Assembly (NCBI GenBank): GCA_030699485.1
Contig: JAUYMM010000026.1
Span: 1 to 47,547, forward strand
Length of the DNA: 47,547 nt
Direction: 5' to 3'
Source of the DNA: Candidatus Woesebacteria bacterium
GTDB lineage: Bacteria; Patescibacteriota; Microgenomatia; UBA8517
Shown: positions 35,189-45,084 of the stretch, piece by piece
How positions within the stretch are numbered: the first letter of the stretch is position 1
Layout of the letters: every line of letters starts with the position of its first letter
Program-made: the position numbers and the translations under genes
The notes under the pieces: model-generated
Database searches by the model: none
The model's input: the letters and a program-made list of their open reading frames with translations, nothing else
What the model was told of the DNA's origin: nothing

Positions 35189-35452
35189 TTAATTTCCACG
35201 GTCACTTGCTTCACGGATAGATTCTACAATTCTTTTATGGCCAAGATATTTTAAAAGAGTTTTGGCATATTTTTTAGCTTTTACTTCACCAGTAACAACC
35301 TCACATGTTTCGATTGGAAAAGTATGAGCGAATTTTTGTCCAGTATCGTTCAGTACTACAATTTTTTCTCTGCCAGTCATTCTTTCGATAAAATTTGCTC
35401 GTTTACAAACAAAGCCATATGCTGCACATTTATCACAATTTTCTATTGACAT
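35189..35452 (-). CDS. hypothetical protein (87 aa)
   Basis: ORF fills the gap exactly. No recognised motif beyond a CxxC at residues 6-9. Confidence 0.5.
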   Translation of the reverse strand: MSIENCDKCAAYGFVCKRANFIERMTGREKIVVLNDTGQKFAHTFPIETCEVVTGEVKAKKYAKTLLKYLGHKRIVESIREASDRGN

Positions 35453-35491
35453 GGCTGTATTATAATTCTTTTTGCGGTATAATCAAGATGT

Positions 35492-36727
35492 ATGTTAGAT
35501 ATTAAATTTATTAGGGAAAATGTTGACTTGGTAAAAAAAGCCACAAAAGACAAGGCTTTTGATGAAACTGTTGTGGATAAACTTATAAAGGTAGATGAAA
35601 ACAGAAGAAAATTAATTCAAGAAACTGAAGAATTACGTGCAAAAAGAAACAAACTAACAAAAGATGATATTGATGAAGGTAAAAAACTCAAAGTAGGAGT
35701 AAAAGAAGTTGAGAAAAAATTAAAAGTGGTCGAAGAAGAATATAATGAACTTTTATGGAAAGTTCCAAATATTTCATCACCAAAAACCCCAATTGGAAAA
35801 AATGAAAAGGATAATGTTGAAATTAAAAAGTGGGGTATTCCAACCAAATTTTCTTTTAATCCAAAAGACCATTTAGAATTAGGAAAAAATCTTGGAATTT
35901 TAGATTTTGAAGCAGGATCAAAAGTTACAGGTTCCCAGTTTTATTTTCTATATGGCGACGGAGCGATGCTTGAGTTAGCTCTTACTCAATATGTCTTTGA
36001 AAAATTATCAAATCAAGGTTTTCTACCTGTAATCACCCCAGACCTTGCGAAATCTAGATATTACTTAGGTACTGGCTATGCCCCAAAAGGTGATGAAGCA
36101 CAAACATATACAATAGAAAATGAGGATTTAGGGCTAATTGCAACAGCGGAAATAACATTAGCAGGAAGTCATGCAGATGAAATCATTCCAGAAAGTATAT
36201 TACCTTTAAAATATGTTGGTTATTCTCATTGTTTTAGACAAGAAGCAGGATCATATGGAAAATATTCAAAAGGATTATATAGAGTTCATCAATTTTCAAA
36301 AACAGAAATGTTTATTTATAGTAAGCCTGAAGATTCGGACAGCTTGCATGAATATATTTTACAAATGGAAGAAGAAATATATCAGGAATTGGAATTACCG
36401 TACAGAGTTCTTGAAATGTGTACAGCAGATCTTGGTGCAATGGCTGCAAGAAAATTTGATATTGAAGTTTGGATGCCAGGACGTGATGATTATGGTGAAG
36501 TTACCTCTACCTCAAACTGTACGGACTATCAAGCAAGAAATTTAAACATAAAATATAAAAAGAAAAATGGAGAGACAGAATATGTTCACATGTTAAATGG
36601 AACTGCTGTTGTAATGTCTCGTGTCCCAATTGCAATTTTGGAAAATTATCAGAATGAAGATGGATCAGTAAATATCCCCAAAGTTCTTCAAAAATGGATG
36701 GGGAAAGAAAAAATTGAAGTTAAATGA
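35492..36727 (+). CDS. serS: serine--tRNA ligase
   Basis: N-terminal coiled coil, FRQEAGSYGK, GTAVVMSRVPIAILEN. Confidence 0.9.
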   Translation: MLDIKFIRENVDLVKKATKDKAFDETVVDKLIKVDENRRKLIQETEELRAKRNKLTKDDIDEGKKLKVGVKEVEKKLKVVEEEYNELLWKVPNISSPKTPIGKNEKDNVEIKKWGIPTKFSFNPKDHLELGKNLGILDFEAGSKVTGSQFYFLYGDGAMLELALTQYVFEKLSNQGFLPVITPDLAKSRYYLGTGYAPKGDEAQTYTIENEDLGLIATAEITLAGSHADEIIPESILPLKYVGYSHCFRQEAGSYGKYSKGLYRVHQFSKTEMFIYSKPEDSDSLHEYILQMEEEIYQELELPYRVLEMCTADLGAMAARKFDIEVWMPGRDDYGEVTSTSNCTDYQARNLNIKYKKKNGETEYVHMLNGTAVVMSRVPIAILENYQNEDGSVNIPKVLQKWMGKEKIEVK

Positions 36728-38517
36728 AATTTTTAAAATCTGAATTTATTCGAACTTATAATGTTACAAAGTGGGTACTTTCTATATATTTTAAGAATTA
36801 CCCTATTTTAGTATCTGTTTTTATTACAACTGAACTTGTATTAGCACTGGGTAATTTGTTAAATGCATATATTATTGCTTTGGTAACAGATAAAGCAATT
36901 CAGGTTGCTCAATCAGGGGCAGTAAAAATCATCGACTTTATACCGATAATAGCTTTGATCATTGGATTATATATATTTTTGGAAACTTTAAGAATCATTA
37001 ATAGATATGTTTGGAGAATGATTTCATATAAAGATATGTTTTTACTTCGAAAAATGCTTGCGGAAAGGCTTGCTTTCTTGGGGATTCAGAATTTGGAAAA
37101 ACCTGAAATATCTAATAAGTCACAAAGATTTAGTGAAGAGATGGGTAATATCTCTGGAAATTTACAAACTATTATAGGCATCTTTTCTAGTTTCTTTGCA
37201 TTCATCTCCGCTGGAATAGTTTTGATAAATACAATTCCGTTTGTTGCAATGATGTTTACTGTGACAATGATTTTCAAACTAATAGTTAATCAAAAATATA
37301 TTAGACAACTTTGGGTAGTAAATAGGGATTCTACAGAGGAAAGAAGAAAGACGTATTCTTCGCTAAATACTTTATCAAACCCCTCGTCTCTAAAAGAACT
37401 TATACTTTCTCAAGGAACTAGGTATCTACATACTAAAACCAATAATTATATTGATTGGGTTGTTGGTAAGGTTTCAGATATTAGGAAAAAGTGGTCGTCA
37501 TGGCAGTTTATAAATTTAATATTAGACTCTACTGTTTTTGGATATGGAATAATCATAATTTTACAGAGACTGGTTGAAAAAATTATTAGTATTGGTCAGC
37601 TAACATTTGAGATTAGATCATTAAGAATATTTTCTGATTCCTTTAGTAATTTTACAGGTAATATTGTAAGTTTGCGAGAAAATACAGTTAGAATTGGTGA
37701 TGTCATGGAGTTATTTACTGAATATGACACGGAAAAAGATGGTGAGGTGAAATTGAAAACTATTGCTCCTTCAATTTCATTTTCTAATGTTTCGTTTAAA
37801 TATCCAAATTCAGATAAATTGATATTTAAAGGTATTGAATTAAACATCAAACCAGGAGAGAAAATTGCGATAGTAGGAGAAAATGGAGCAGGTAAAACAA
37901 CTCTTGTAAAATTAATCTGTAGAATTTACAGGGTATCCGGCGGTGAAATAAATTTAAATAATATAAATATAAATGAAGTTAAGATTTCTACATGGTATAA
38001 AAATTTAGCGATTCTTTTCCAAGATTATACACAGTACATGCATTTGACTGTAAAAGAAAATATCGAAATTGATAGTATAGATAAAACAACAACTACCGAA
38101 TCTATATTAAGATCGTTAAAAAAAGCTGATGCAGAATTTTCTATAAAATATAAAAACGGTATTGACCAAATTTTAAGTGAAAGGTATAAAGATGGAATAA
38201 GACCATCAACAGGACAATGGCAAAAGATTGCAATTGCAAGAGTTTTCCATCGTGATTCACCTGTTTTAATTTTAGATGAACCAACTGCTTCAATTGATGC
38301 AGTAGCTGAAGCTGCAATTTTTGATAATATTTATAAATTTGCAAAGGATAAAACAGTTATTATTATTTCTCATAGATTTTCAACAGTTAGAAATGCAGAT
38401 AGAATAATAGTGTTAGATAAAGGGAAAATTGTTGAACAGGGAAGTCATGATGATTTATTAAAAAATGATGGAAAATATGCACACGCTTTTAAACTTCAGG
38501 CAAAAGGATATCAATAA
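36724..38517 (+). CDS. ABC transporter, fused permease/ATPase (MsbA-like exporter)
   Basis: Six-TM N-terminal half, GENGAGKTT Walker A, STGQWQ signature, LILDEPTAS Walker B. Confidence 0.85.
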   Translation: MKFLKSEFIRTYNVTKWVLSIYFKNYPILVSVFITTELVLALGNLLNAYIIALVTDKAIQVAQSGAVKIIDFIPIIALIIGLYIFLETLRIINRYVWRMISYKDMFLLRKMLAERLAFLGIQNLEKPEISNKSQRFSEEMGNISGNLQTIIGIFSSFFAFISAGIVLINTIPFVAMMFTVTMIFKLIVNQKYIRQLWVVNRDSTEERRKTYSSLNTLSNPSSLKELILSQGTRYLHTKTNNYIDWVVGKVSDIRKKWSSWQFINLILDSTVFGYGIIIILQRLVEKIISIGQLTFEIRSLRIFSDSFSNFTGNIVSLRENTVRIGDVMELFTEYDTEKDGEVKLKTIAPSISFSNVSFKYPNSDKLIFKGIELNIKPGEKIAIVGENGAGKTTLVKLICRIYRVSGGEINLNNININEVKISTWYKNLAILFQDYTQYMHLTVKENIEIDSIDKTTTTESILRSLKKADAEFSIKYKNGIDQILSERYKDGIRPSTGQWQKIAIARVFHRDSPVLILDEPTASIDAVAEAAIFDNIYKFAKDKTVIIISHRFSTVRNADRIIVLDKGKIVEQGSHDDLLKNDGKYAHAFKLQAKGYQ

Positions 38518-38520
38518 CAC

Positions 38521-39129
38521 ATGTTAGGAACTAAAATTTTGGAAGAGAGGGAATCAAAATATAATGGGCATTTAAAAGTTGTTAAGACTTTGGGAATGGG
38601 GACTTATATTCAAGCTCGTGGGTTTACCCCGATTAAATCGGGGCTAACACAATCTGGTGGTATCGTTGAGACGATATGGAAATCTACACTAAAACAAATT
38701 AAAGATAACTGCGAGAACATACTAATATTAGGTTTGGGTGGTGGAACACTTGCAAAATTACTTAGGAAAAAATATCCAAAGGCAAAAATAACAGGGGTGG
38801 AAATAGATCCAATTATGATTGAACTTGGTAATAAATATTTGGATTTAGATAAATATAATATTGATATTAAAATAATTGATGCATTTGATTTTTTGAAAAA
38901 AAACAAGCAAAAATACGATTTAATGATAGTGGACACATACCTAGGAGACAAAGTGGTAGAAATTGCAGGGTCAGACCCTGCAATGGGCGAAATCACGGTA
39001 TTTAATAGACTGTATTTTGGTGATAAAAGACCAGACACTGTTCGATTTGGAAATAACCTAGAAAAAATATTCAAAAAAGTTACATGGTTTTACCCTGAAG
39101 CAAACCTCATGTTCATTTGTGAGACGTAA
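38521..39129 (+). CDS. spermidine-synthase-like SAM-dependent methyltransferase fold protein
   Basis: ILILGLGGGTLAKLL...ITGVEIDP...MIVDTY pattern. Confidence 0.65.
   Translation: MLGTKILEERESKYNGHLKVVKTLGMGTYIQARGFTPIKSGLTQSGGIVETIWKSTLKQIKDNCENILILGLGGGTLAKLLRKKYPKAKITGVEIDPIMIELGNKYLDLDKYNIDIKIIDAFDFLKKNKQKYDLMIVDTYLGDKVVEIAGSDPAMGEITVFNRLYFGDKRPDTVRFGNNLEKIFKKVTWFYPEANLMFICET
38960..38985. repeat. 26-nt palindromic element, copy 2 (in frame inside a CDS)
   Basis: Identical to 31420..31445. Encodes (E)IAGSDPAM(G) within 38521..39129. Confidence 0.9.
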
Positions 39130-39152
39130 ACTGTTAGAATATATGTTCAAGT

Positions 39153-41795
39153 ATGTTTAAAAACTTATTCAAATTTTTAGATTTAAATCAAAGAGAGGTT
39201 GATAAATTAAGTAAAACTGTTGCCTTAATCAATGCTTCTGAATCAAAGTTCAAAAAAACAAAGTTAGAAGACTTTGGCAAAGAAACTGATAAGCTAAAAA
39301 AGTTAGTTTCTAGTGACCAACAACTAGAGTCTGTCCTTCCTTCTGCATTTGCCTTAGCTCGTGAAGCTTCCTTACGAGTTTTAGGGCAACGACATTATGA
39401 TGTTCAATTAATGGCAGCCGTGGCTCTTTTTGAAGGTAAAATAGTTGAACAAAAAACAGGTGAAGGTAAAACATTATCAGCAGTTCCTGCATTATATTTA
39501 AGGGCATTAAGTGGCAAAGGAGTACATCTTGTTACGGTCAACGACTTTTTAGCAAGACTTGGAGCAGGTTGGAATGCACCAATTTTTGAGAAACTAGGAT
39601 TAACTGTTGGCGTTATAACACAAGAAAATAAATCTTTTACGTACGACAGTACGTTTATTGATAACACTCATGGTGATGAAAGACTGGCCCATTTAAAACC
39701 ATGTAGTAGAAAAGAAGCATATGCGGCCGATATCACATATGGAACAAATAATGAATTTGGTTTTGATTACTTAAGAGACAACATGGTACAAAGTTTAGGT
39801 GAAATGGTTCAACGAGAACATTATTTCTCAATCGTTGACGAAGTTGATTCAATCTTAATTGATGAAGCAAGAACTCCTCTTATAATTTCAGCACCAGACA
39901 CTGAACCAACTCAAAAGTATTATCAATTTGCTCAAATTGTAGATAAGTTACAGCTTGATACAGATTTTAAAATTGACGAGAAAGCAAAAAGTGCTTCTTT
40001 AACTGAAACTGGAATTAGTAAAGTTGAGAAGATACTTGGTGTAGATAATTTATATGAAAAAGATTTTGAAAGTATTCACCATATTGAAAATGCTCTACGT
40101 GCCAGAAGCCTTTATCTAAAAGATAGAGATTATGTAGTTAATGATAATGGAGTAACAATAGTTGACGAATTTACAGGAAGACTTATGGTTGGTAGAAGAT
40201 GGAGTGATGGTTTACATCAAGCAGTTGAGGCAAAAGAAGGTGTGGTAATTCAACAAGAAAGTAAAACTTTAGCAACCATTTCATTTCAAAATTACTTCAG
40301 AATGTATGAACATTTGTCAGGTATGACAGGAACTGCAGTTACTGAAGCTGAAGAGTTTAAAAAAATATACAAACTTGACGTTGTAGCAATTCCAACAAAC
40401 AGGGAAAATGTCAGAATTGATGAAGGAGATTTAATTTACAAAACGCTTTCAGGAAAATATAGTGCAATTGTAAATGATATAGAAGAAAAATATAAAAGTG
40501 GACAGCCAGTTTTGATTGGTACTACTTCAATAGATAAAAACGTAATAATTTCTGATCTTTTAAAAAGGAGAAAAATTCCACACAACGTATTAAATGCTAA
40601 AAACCATGAAAGGGAAGCTGAAATTATAGCCAATGCAGGAAAACTTAAAGCTATAACAGTTGCAACTAATATGGCTGGTCGTGGTGTTGACATTATTTTA
40701 GGTGGAGCAGTGCCTGAATTAAAAAAAGATGTTGAAAAGTGGGAGAGAGCTCATCACGATGTCATAAATGTTGGAGGACTTCATGTTGTTGGAACTGAAA
40801 GACATGAATCAAGAAGAATTGACAATCAGTTAAGAGGGCGTGCAGGAAGGCAAGGAGATCCTGGTTCATCGAAGTTTTATCTTTCTTTAGAGGATGATTT
40901 AATGAGAATTTTTGGAGGAGAACAAATAAAATCATTGATGGATAAATTATCAATTCCTGATGATCAGCCGATTGAAAATTCACTAGTAAGTAAAGCTATA
41001 GAACAATCACAAGTTAAAGTTGAAGGATTCCATTTTGATACTAGAAAAAGATTGGTGGAATTTGATGATGTTGCCAATCAACAAAGAGAAATTATATATA
41101 AGTTAAGAAGAAAAGTTTTAGAAAGTACCAATCTAAAAGATGAGATATCAGAAAAATTAGGTATTCATGCAGGGAGAATAACACAAAGTGAAGTAGAGAG
41201 AGTTGATTTTGATTCGGTAGTGGCTGGATTTTTAGAAGTTATACCTTTTGATCCTGATTCAACAAAGAAGTTTAAATTGGAACTTAAAAAAAGAGAAACT
41301 CCACAAGCAGTAGAAGAATTTATTGAAAAAGTTTTTTCTGATATGTATAAATCAAGAGAAGAGCAGGTGGGGCCTGAAACTATGCGTCAAATTGAAAAGT
41401 ATGCATATTTAGGATCAATTGATCATCATTGGATTGAGCACATTGATACAATTGATGATTTAAGGGGTGCAATTGGGTTACGTGCCTATGGCCAACGCGA
41501 TCCATTAGTTGAATTTAAAGGTGAAGCATATGAGATGTTTGAGAATTTAAATATTAGAATTAATGAAGAAATAGCAAGAAGAATTTTTAGAATTGGAGTA
41601 TCAGAGAAACCACAAGAAATACCAGTTAATTTAATGAGAGAAAATGTTGATACAAAAGACGGAACTGGATTGTCCGAATCACCGTCCACTGTTCACGGTT
41701 CACAGTCCACTGCGACCAAACTTGGTCGCAACGACCCATGTTTTTGTGGAAGTGGTAAAAAATGGAAACACTGTCACTATCCAAAAGTTGGGTAA
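39153..41795 (+). CDS. secA: preprotein translocase ATPase SecA
   Basis: TGEGKT, DEVDSILIDEARTPLIIS, C-terminal zinc finger CFCGSGKKWKHCH. Confidence 0.95.
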   Translation: MFKNLFKFLDLNQREVDKLSKTVALINASESKFKKTKLEDFGKETDKLKKLVSSDQQLESVLPSAFALAREASLRVLGQRHYDVQLMAAVALFEGKIVEQKTGEGKTLSAVPALYLRALSGKGVHLVTVNDFLARLGAGWNAPIFEKLGLTVGVITQENKSFTYDSTFIDNTHGDERLAHLKPCSRKEAYAADITYGTNNEFGFDYLRDNMVQSLGEMVQREHYFSIVDEVDSILIDEARTPLIISAPDTEPTQKYYQFAQIVDKLQLDTDFKIDEKAKSASLTETGISKVEKILGVDNLYEKDFESIHHIENALRARSLYLKDRDYVVNDNGVTIVDEFTGRLMVGRRWSDGLHQAVEAKEGVVIQQESKTLATISFQNYFRMYEHLSGMTGTAVTEAEEFKKIYKLDVVAIPTNRENVRIDEGDLIYKTLSGKYSAIVNDIEEKYKSGQPVLIGTTSIDKNVIISDLLKRRKIPHNVLNAKNHEREAEIIANAGKLKAITVATNMAGRGVDIILGGAVPELKKDVEKWERAHHDVINVGGLHVVGTERHESRRIDNQLRGRAGRQGDPGSSKFYLSLEDDLMRIFGGEQIKSLMDKLSIPDDQPIENSLVSKAIEQSQVKVEGFHFDTRKRLVEFDDVANQQREIIYKLRRKVLESTNLKDEISEKLGIHAGRITQSEVERVDFDSVVAGFLEVIPFDPDSTKKFKLELKKRETPQAVEEFIEKVFSDMYKSREEQVGPETMRQIEKYAYLGSIDHHWIEHIDTIDDLRGAIGLRAYGQRDPLVEFKGEAYEMFENLNIRINEEIARRIFRIGVSEKPQEIPVNLMRENVDTKDGTGLSESPSTVHGSQSTATKLGRNDPCFCGSGKKWKHCHYPKVG
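41733..41791 (+). repeat. 59-bp direct repeat copy 1 (secA 3' end)
   Basis: 58/59 identical to 42603..42661, with a 55-nt exact core. Confidence 0.95.
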
Positions 41796-41799
41796 AATT

Positions 41800-42549
41800 A
41801 TGATTAAAAAAATTAATTTCAATAATTCTAAAGGAGACAAGTTGGTTGGGGCTCTTCATGTTTCAAAAAAGTCAATGAAAAAGGCAGTAATAATAGCTCA
41901 CGGATTTACTTCAAACAAAGATCGCCCTCGACACATAAAATTGGCTCAAACCCTTTCTAACGAAGGTATAGCTGCGTTTCGAATTGATTTTGGTGGTTCT
42001 GGAGAAAGTTCTGACAGAAAAATAACAATAAAAGCGGAGATTGACGATTTGTTGTCTGCAATCAATTTATTGAAAGAAATGGATTATTCTAAGGTAGGGG
42101 TTCTTGGCGAAAGTCTGGGGGGAATTGTAGCTCTTGAGGCATATAATTCAGACATAAAAGCAATGGTTCTTTGGGCACCCGTTACTATATCGAGAGATAA
42201 ATATAAAGATTTAACAGATGAACAGATAAATGATGTTAAAATAAAAGGTTTTTATATTAGAAATAAAGATGATAGAAAATTTAAAATACCAAATGAGTAT
42301 TTAGAAGAGTTGAAAAAGATCAATAGAGAACAAGTATTAGATAAGGTTAATATCCCAGTTATGATAGTTCATGGAACTGCTGATGATTTAATTCCTCTAA
42401 AGGACTCACAAGAGGCAATTAACTTACTTCCTAAAGGATCAAAATTGGAAGTGATTGATAATTGGGAACATGGAGATCATAAAATGGATGAAAGTATGGA
42501 TATTATAATCCCAAAAACAGTAAATTGGTTTAAAACACATCTCAAATGA
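41800..42549 (+). CDS. alpha/beta hydrolase (serine hydrolase)
   Basis: GESLGG nucleophile elbow, HG oxyanion region (IIAHGFTS), C-terminal D and H. Start taken at ATG 41800 (MIKKINF). The track ORF start at 41644 lies inside secA. Confidence 0.8.
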   Translation: MIKKINFNNSKGDKLVGALHVSKKSMKKAVIIAHGFTSNKDRPRHIKLAQTLSNEGIAAFRIDFGGSGESSDRKITIKAEIDDLLSAINLLKEMDYSKVGVLGESLGGIVALEAYNSDIKAMVLWAPVTISRDKYKDLTDEQINDVKIKGFYIRNKDDRKFKIPNEYLEELKKINREQVLDKVNIPVMIVHGTADDLIPLKDSQEAINLLPKGSKLEVIDNWEHGDHKMDESMDIIIPKTVNWFKTHLK

Positions 42550-42665
42550 AACTATTTTTCAAAAACAGGTTCAAAGAACTTGATTATGATACTGAGCAAA
42601 CTGACACATGTTTTTGTGGAAGTGGTAAAAAATGGAAACACTGTCACTATCCAAAAGTTGGATGA
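42546..42665 (+). CDS. 39-aa SEC-C motif zinc-finger mini-protein (not in ORF track)
   Basis: Hand translation: MKLFFKNRFKELDYDTEQTDTCFCGSGKKWKHCHYPKVG. The ATG overlaps the hydrolase stop (ATGA) and its own stop overlaps the next gene's ATG (ATGA). Confidence 0.45.
   Translation: MKLFFKNRFKELDYDTEQTDTCFCGSGKKWKHCHYPKVG
42603..42661 (+). repeat. 59-bp direct repeat copy 2
   Basis: See 41733..41791. Confidence 0.95.
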
Positions 42666-43120
42666 TAGCTATGAAAACAATTAATACAATTCAGTTATCT
42701 AATAGTTTTATTAAATTATTAGAATCCTTAAATGAAAACGATTTAAAAATACAAGTCAATGACAATTGGACGGTAAAAGATGTAATTACTCATTTAGTAG
42801 ATTGGGAAGAAGAATCTACAAAGCAGTTACCCTTGTCTTGGAAATTTCATAAAAAACCATGGTTTATGACAAACAATGATGATTTCAAAGATTTTAACTC
42901 CGAATCTCTTAAAAAATATAAAAACATGTCAAAAAAGCAACTAATTTCAGAATGGAAAAAATGGCAGTCTTTATTGCAAAAAGAAATTGACAAGATTGGT
43001 GAAGAAAAATTAAGGTCAGATTACGATTTTTTTGAGTGGGTATTTGATGAAGGAGGGCAGAATCATTATTTTGAGCATTATGATCAAATTATGAAAGCAT
43101 TAATTTATAAAAACAAATAG
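42662..43120 (+). CDS. DinB/ClbS-like four-helix-bundle protein
   Basis: WTVKDVITHLVDWEEES pattern. Start taken at ATG 42662 or 42671; the track start 42632 lies inside the repeat. Confidence 0.6.
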   Translation: MIAMKTINTIQLSNSFIKLLESLNENDLKIQVNDNWTVKDVITHLVDWEEESTKQLPLSWKFHKKPWFMTNNDDFKDFNSESLKKYKNMSKKQLISEWKKWQSLLQKEIDKIGEEKLRSDYDFFEWVFDEGGQNHYFEHYDQIMKALIYKNK

Positions 43121-43155
43121 TTGACTTCGGTGATAATTCGTATTATTGTTAATTA

Positions 43156-43953
43156 ATGGCTGATACTCAAATAGCATTGTTCAGAAACAAGGGAATTAGA
43201 AAAACTACATATAAAGGAGAATGGTACTTTGTAATAATTGATATTATTTCCGCCCTGACTGATTCAGTTCAACCTTCTGGATATATAAAAGATATGCGTA
43301 GAAGAGATCCAGAATTGTCCAAAGGGTGGGGGCAAATTGCCACCCCCCTTTTGATAAATACAACTGGTGGCAAACAGAAGATGAATTGTGCTTCAACTGA
43401 AAGTATTTTGAGAATTATTCAGTCAGTACCTTCACAAAAGGCAGAACCAATGAAAAGATGGCTTGCCAAGGTCGGATTTGAAAGAATACAAGAAATTGAA
43501 GACCCAGAACTTGCAACAAAAAGAACAAGATATTTATATAAAGCAAAGGGATATCCTGATTCTTGGATAGAAAAAAGAATGCGTGGAATTATAATTCGTG
43601 AAGAATTAACAAATGAATGGAAAAGTAGAGGAATTGAAAAAGATTTAGATTACAAAATATTAACTTCTGAGATTTCAAAAGCTACATTTGGAGTAACACC
43701 GAGTCAATATAAAAAGTTGAAAGGCTTAAAACGTCAAAACTTGCGTGATCATATGGATGATTTTGAATTAATTTTTACAATGCTTGGGGAAAGATCAACG
43801 ACTGAGATACATAAAGTTGAAGATTCAAAGGGATTTACAAAACTTAAAAAAGATGCAGAAGAAGGTGGAGAAATTGCAGGAGTTGCAAGAAGAAAATTGG
43901 AAAAAAGAATAAAAAGATCAATCGTTACAAAACAAAACTTCCTTCCAAAATAA
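43156..43953 (+). CDS. BRO-N domain protein (phage antirepressor / DinD-like)
   Basis: FRNKGIRKTTYKGEWYFVIIDIISAL N-terminal BRO-N-like pattern. C-terminal RMRGIIIREELTNEW. Confidence 0.6.
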   Translation: MADTQIALFRNKGIRKTTYKGEWYFVIIDIISALTDSVQPSGYIKDMRRRDPELSKGWGQIATPLLINTTGGKQKMNCASTESILRIIQSVPSQKAEPMKRWLAKVGFERIQEIEDPELATKRTRYLYKAKGYPDSWIEKRMRGIIIREELTNEWKSRGIEKDLDYKILTSEISKATFGVTPSQYKKLKGLKRQNLRDHMDDFELIFTMLGERSTTEIHKVEDSKGFTKLKKDAEEGGEIAGVARRKLEKRIKRSIVTKQNFLPK

Positions 43954-43977
43954 TATTTTTTTGTGGTAGTATAAGCA

Positions 43978-44502
43978 ATGCAAGAAGAAAACAAATTTAA
44001 TATATTTTCATTTTTGGGCTATTTCGTAGTTGTTGGTGTTGTTTCCTATGGTCTTATTTATTTTTTAAAAAGTAAAGTAGTTGAAATAGCTCCACAAAAT
44101 GTTTCTGCTATTGCAGAAAGTACCCCAATAGTGGAAAATATTGCTACAGAAAGTAGTAAACCCATGGAACAAGACGTAACAGAATTAAAAATAGAGGATT
44201 TAGTAGTTGGAACTGGTGCAGAAGCTGTTTCTGGGAAATTAATTACTGTTAACTATACAGGTACATTAATTGATGGAACTAAGTTTGATTCCAGTAAAGA
44301 TAGAGGCGAACCATTTGAATTTACCTTAGGAGCAGGTCAAGTAATTCAGGGCTGGGATCAAGGATTTGCTGGCATGAAGATTGGTGGAAAAAGAAAATTA
44401 ATAATTCCATCTAGTTTAGGATATGGTGAACAAGGTGCAGGAGGCATAATTCCTCCAAATGCAACCTTAATTTTTGAAGTTGAGCTACTTGGTGTTAAGT
44501 AA
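43978..44502 (+). CDS. membrane-anchored FKBP-type peptidyl-prolyl isomerase
   Basis: N-terminal TM helix. [16 protein letters not shown]...[10 protein letters not shown]. Confidence 0.9.
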   Translation: MQEENKFNIFSFLGYFVVVGVVSYGLIYFLKSKVVEIAPQNVSAIAESTPIVENIATESSKPMEQDVTELKIEDLVVGTGAEAVSGKLITVNYTGTLIDGTKFDSSKDRGEPFEFTLGAGQVIQGWDQGFAGMKIGGKRKLIIPSSLGYGEQGAGGIIPPNATLIFEVELLGVK

Positions 44503-44523
44503 TTATTTGTGATATCATTAAAT

Positions 44524-45084
44524 ATGTCAAAGAAAATGGTAGTTGTTGAAGAGGTTGTAGAAGAGGTAAAAACTCCAGTTGTTGAATCTAAACCAGAACC
44601 TGAAATGGTTGTTGAAGAAGAAAAATCAAGTTATTTATGGATTATAATCCCAACAGCTCTTTTAGTTGGAGCATTAGTTGGAGGATTAATTACATACTTT
44701 TCAGGAATATCAAAACTCCCAGAAACAAATTCTTCTCCATCGACAGTTGCTAGTATTTCCCCTGAAGCAAGCGCTACGCCAGAACCAAAGGTTGAAGTGG
44801 ATAGAAGTAAGATATTATTGCAGGTATTAAATGGTAGTGGAACATCAGGTTTTGCAGGAAAAGCAAAAACTTATTTGGAAGGATTAGGCTATAAAGATGT
44901 TATGGCAGGAAACGCAGTAACATCAGATTTTACTGATACTGTCATATCTGTTAAGGATAGTAAAAAAGAATTATTAGAAATTATTAAAACAGATTTGTCT
45001 AAAAATTATAAAGTAGCAGAAAAAACAGAAACACTTTCAGCTTCAAGTAAATATGATTTTGTAATAACATTGGGTAGTAAATGA
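44524..45084 (+). CDS. LytR_C domain membrane protein
   Basis: One TM helix, a Pro/Ser/Thr linker, then LQVLNGSGTSGFAGKAKTYLEGLGY. The track start is GTG at 44509. Confidence 0.7.
   Translation: MSKKMVVVEEVVEEVKTPVVESKPEPEMVVEEEKSSYLWIIIPTALLVGALVGGLITYFSGISKLPETNSSPSTVASISPEASATPEPKVEVDRSKILLQVLNGSGTSGFAGKAKTYLEGLGYKDVMAGNAVTSDFTDTVISVKDSKKELLEIIKTDLSKNYKVAEKTETLSASSKYDFVITLGSK

Noticed and set aside
41644-41799. Upstream extension of the hydrolase ORF into secA, and the 42632 start of the DinB-like ORF.
   Set aside because: The extensions lie inside secA or inside the duplicated secA tail in a different frame. Internal ATGs at 41800 and 42662 give sensible gene boundaries.
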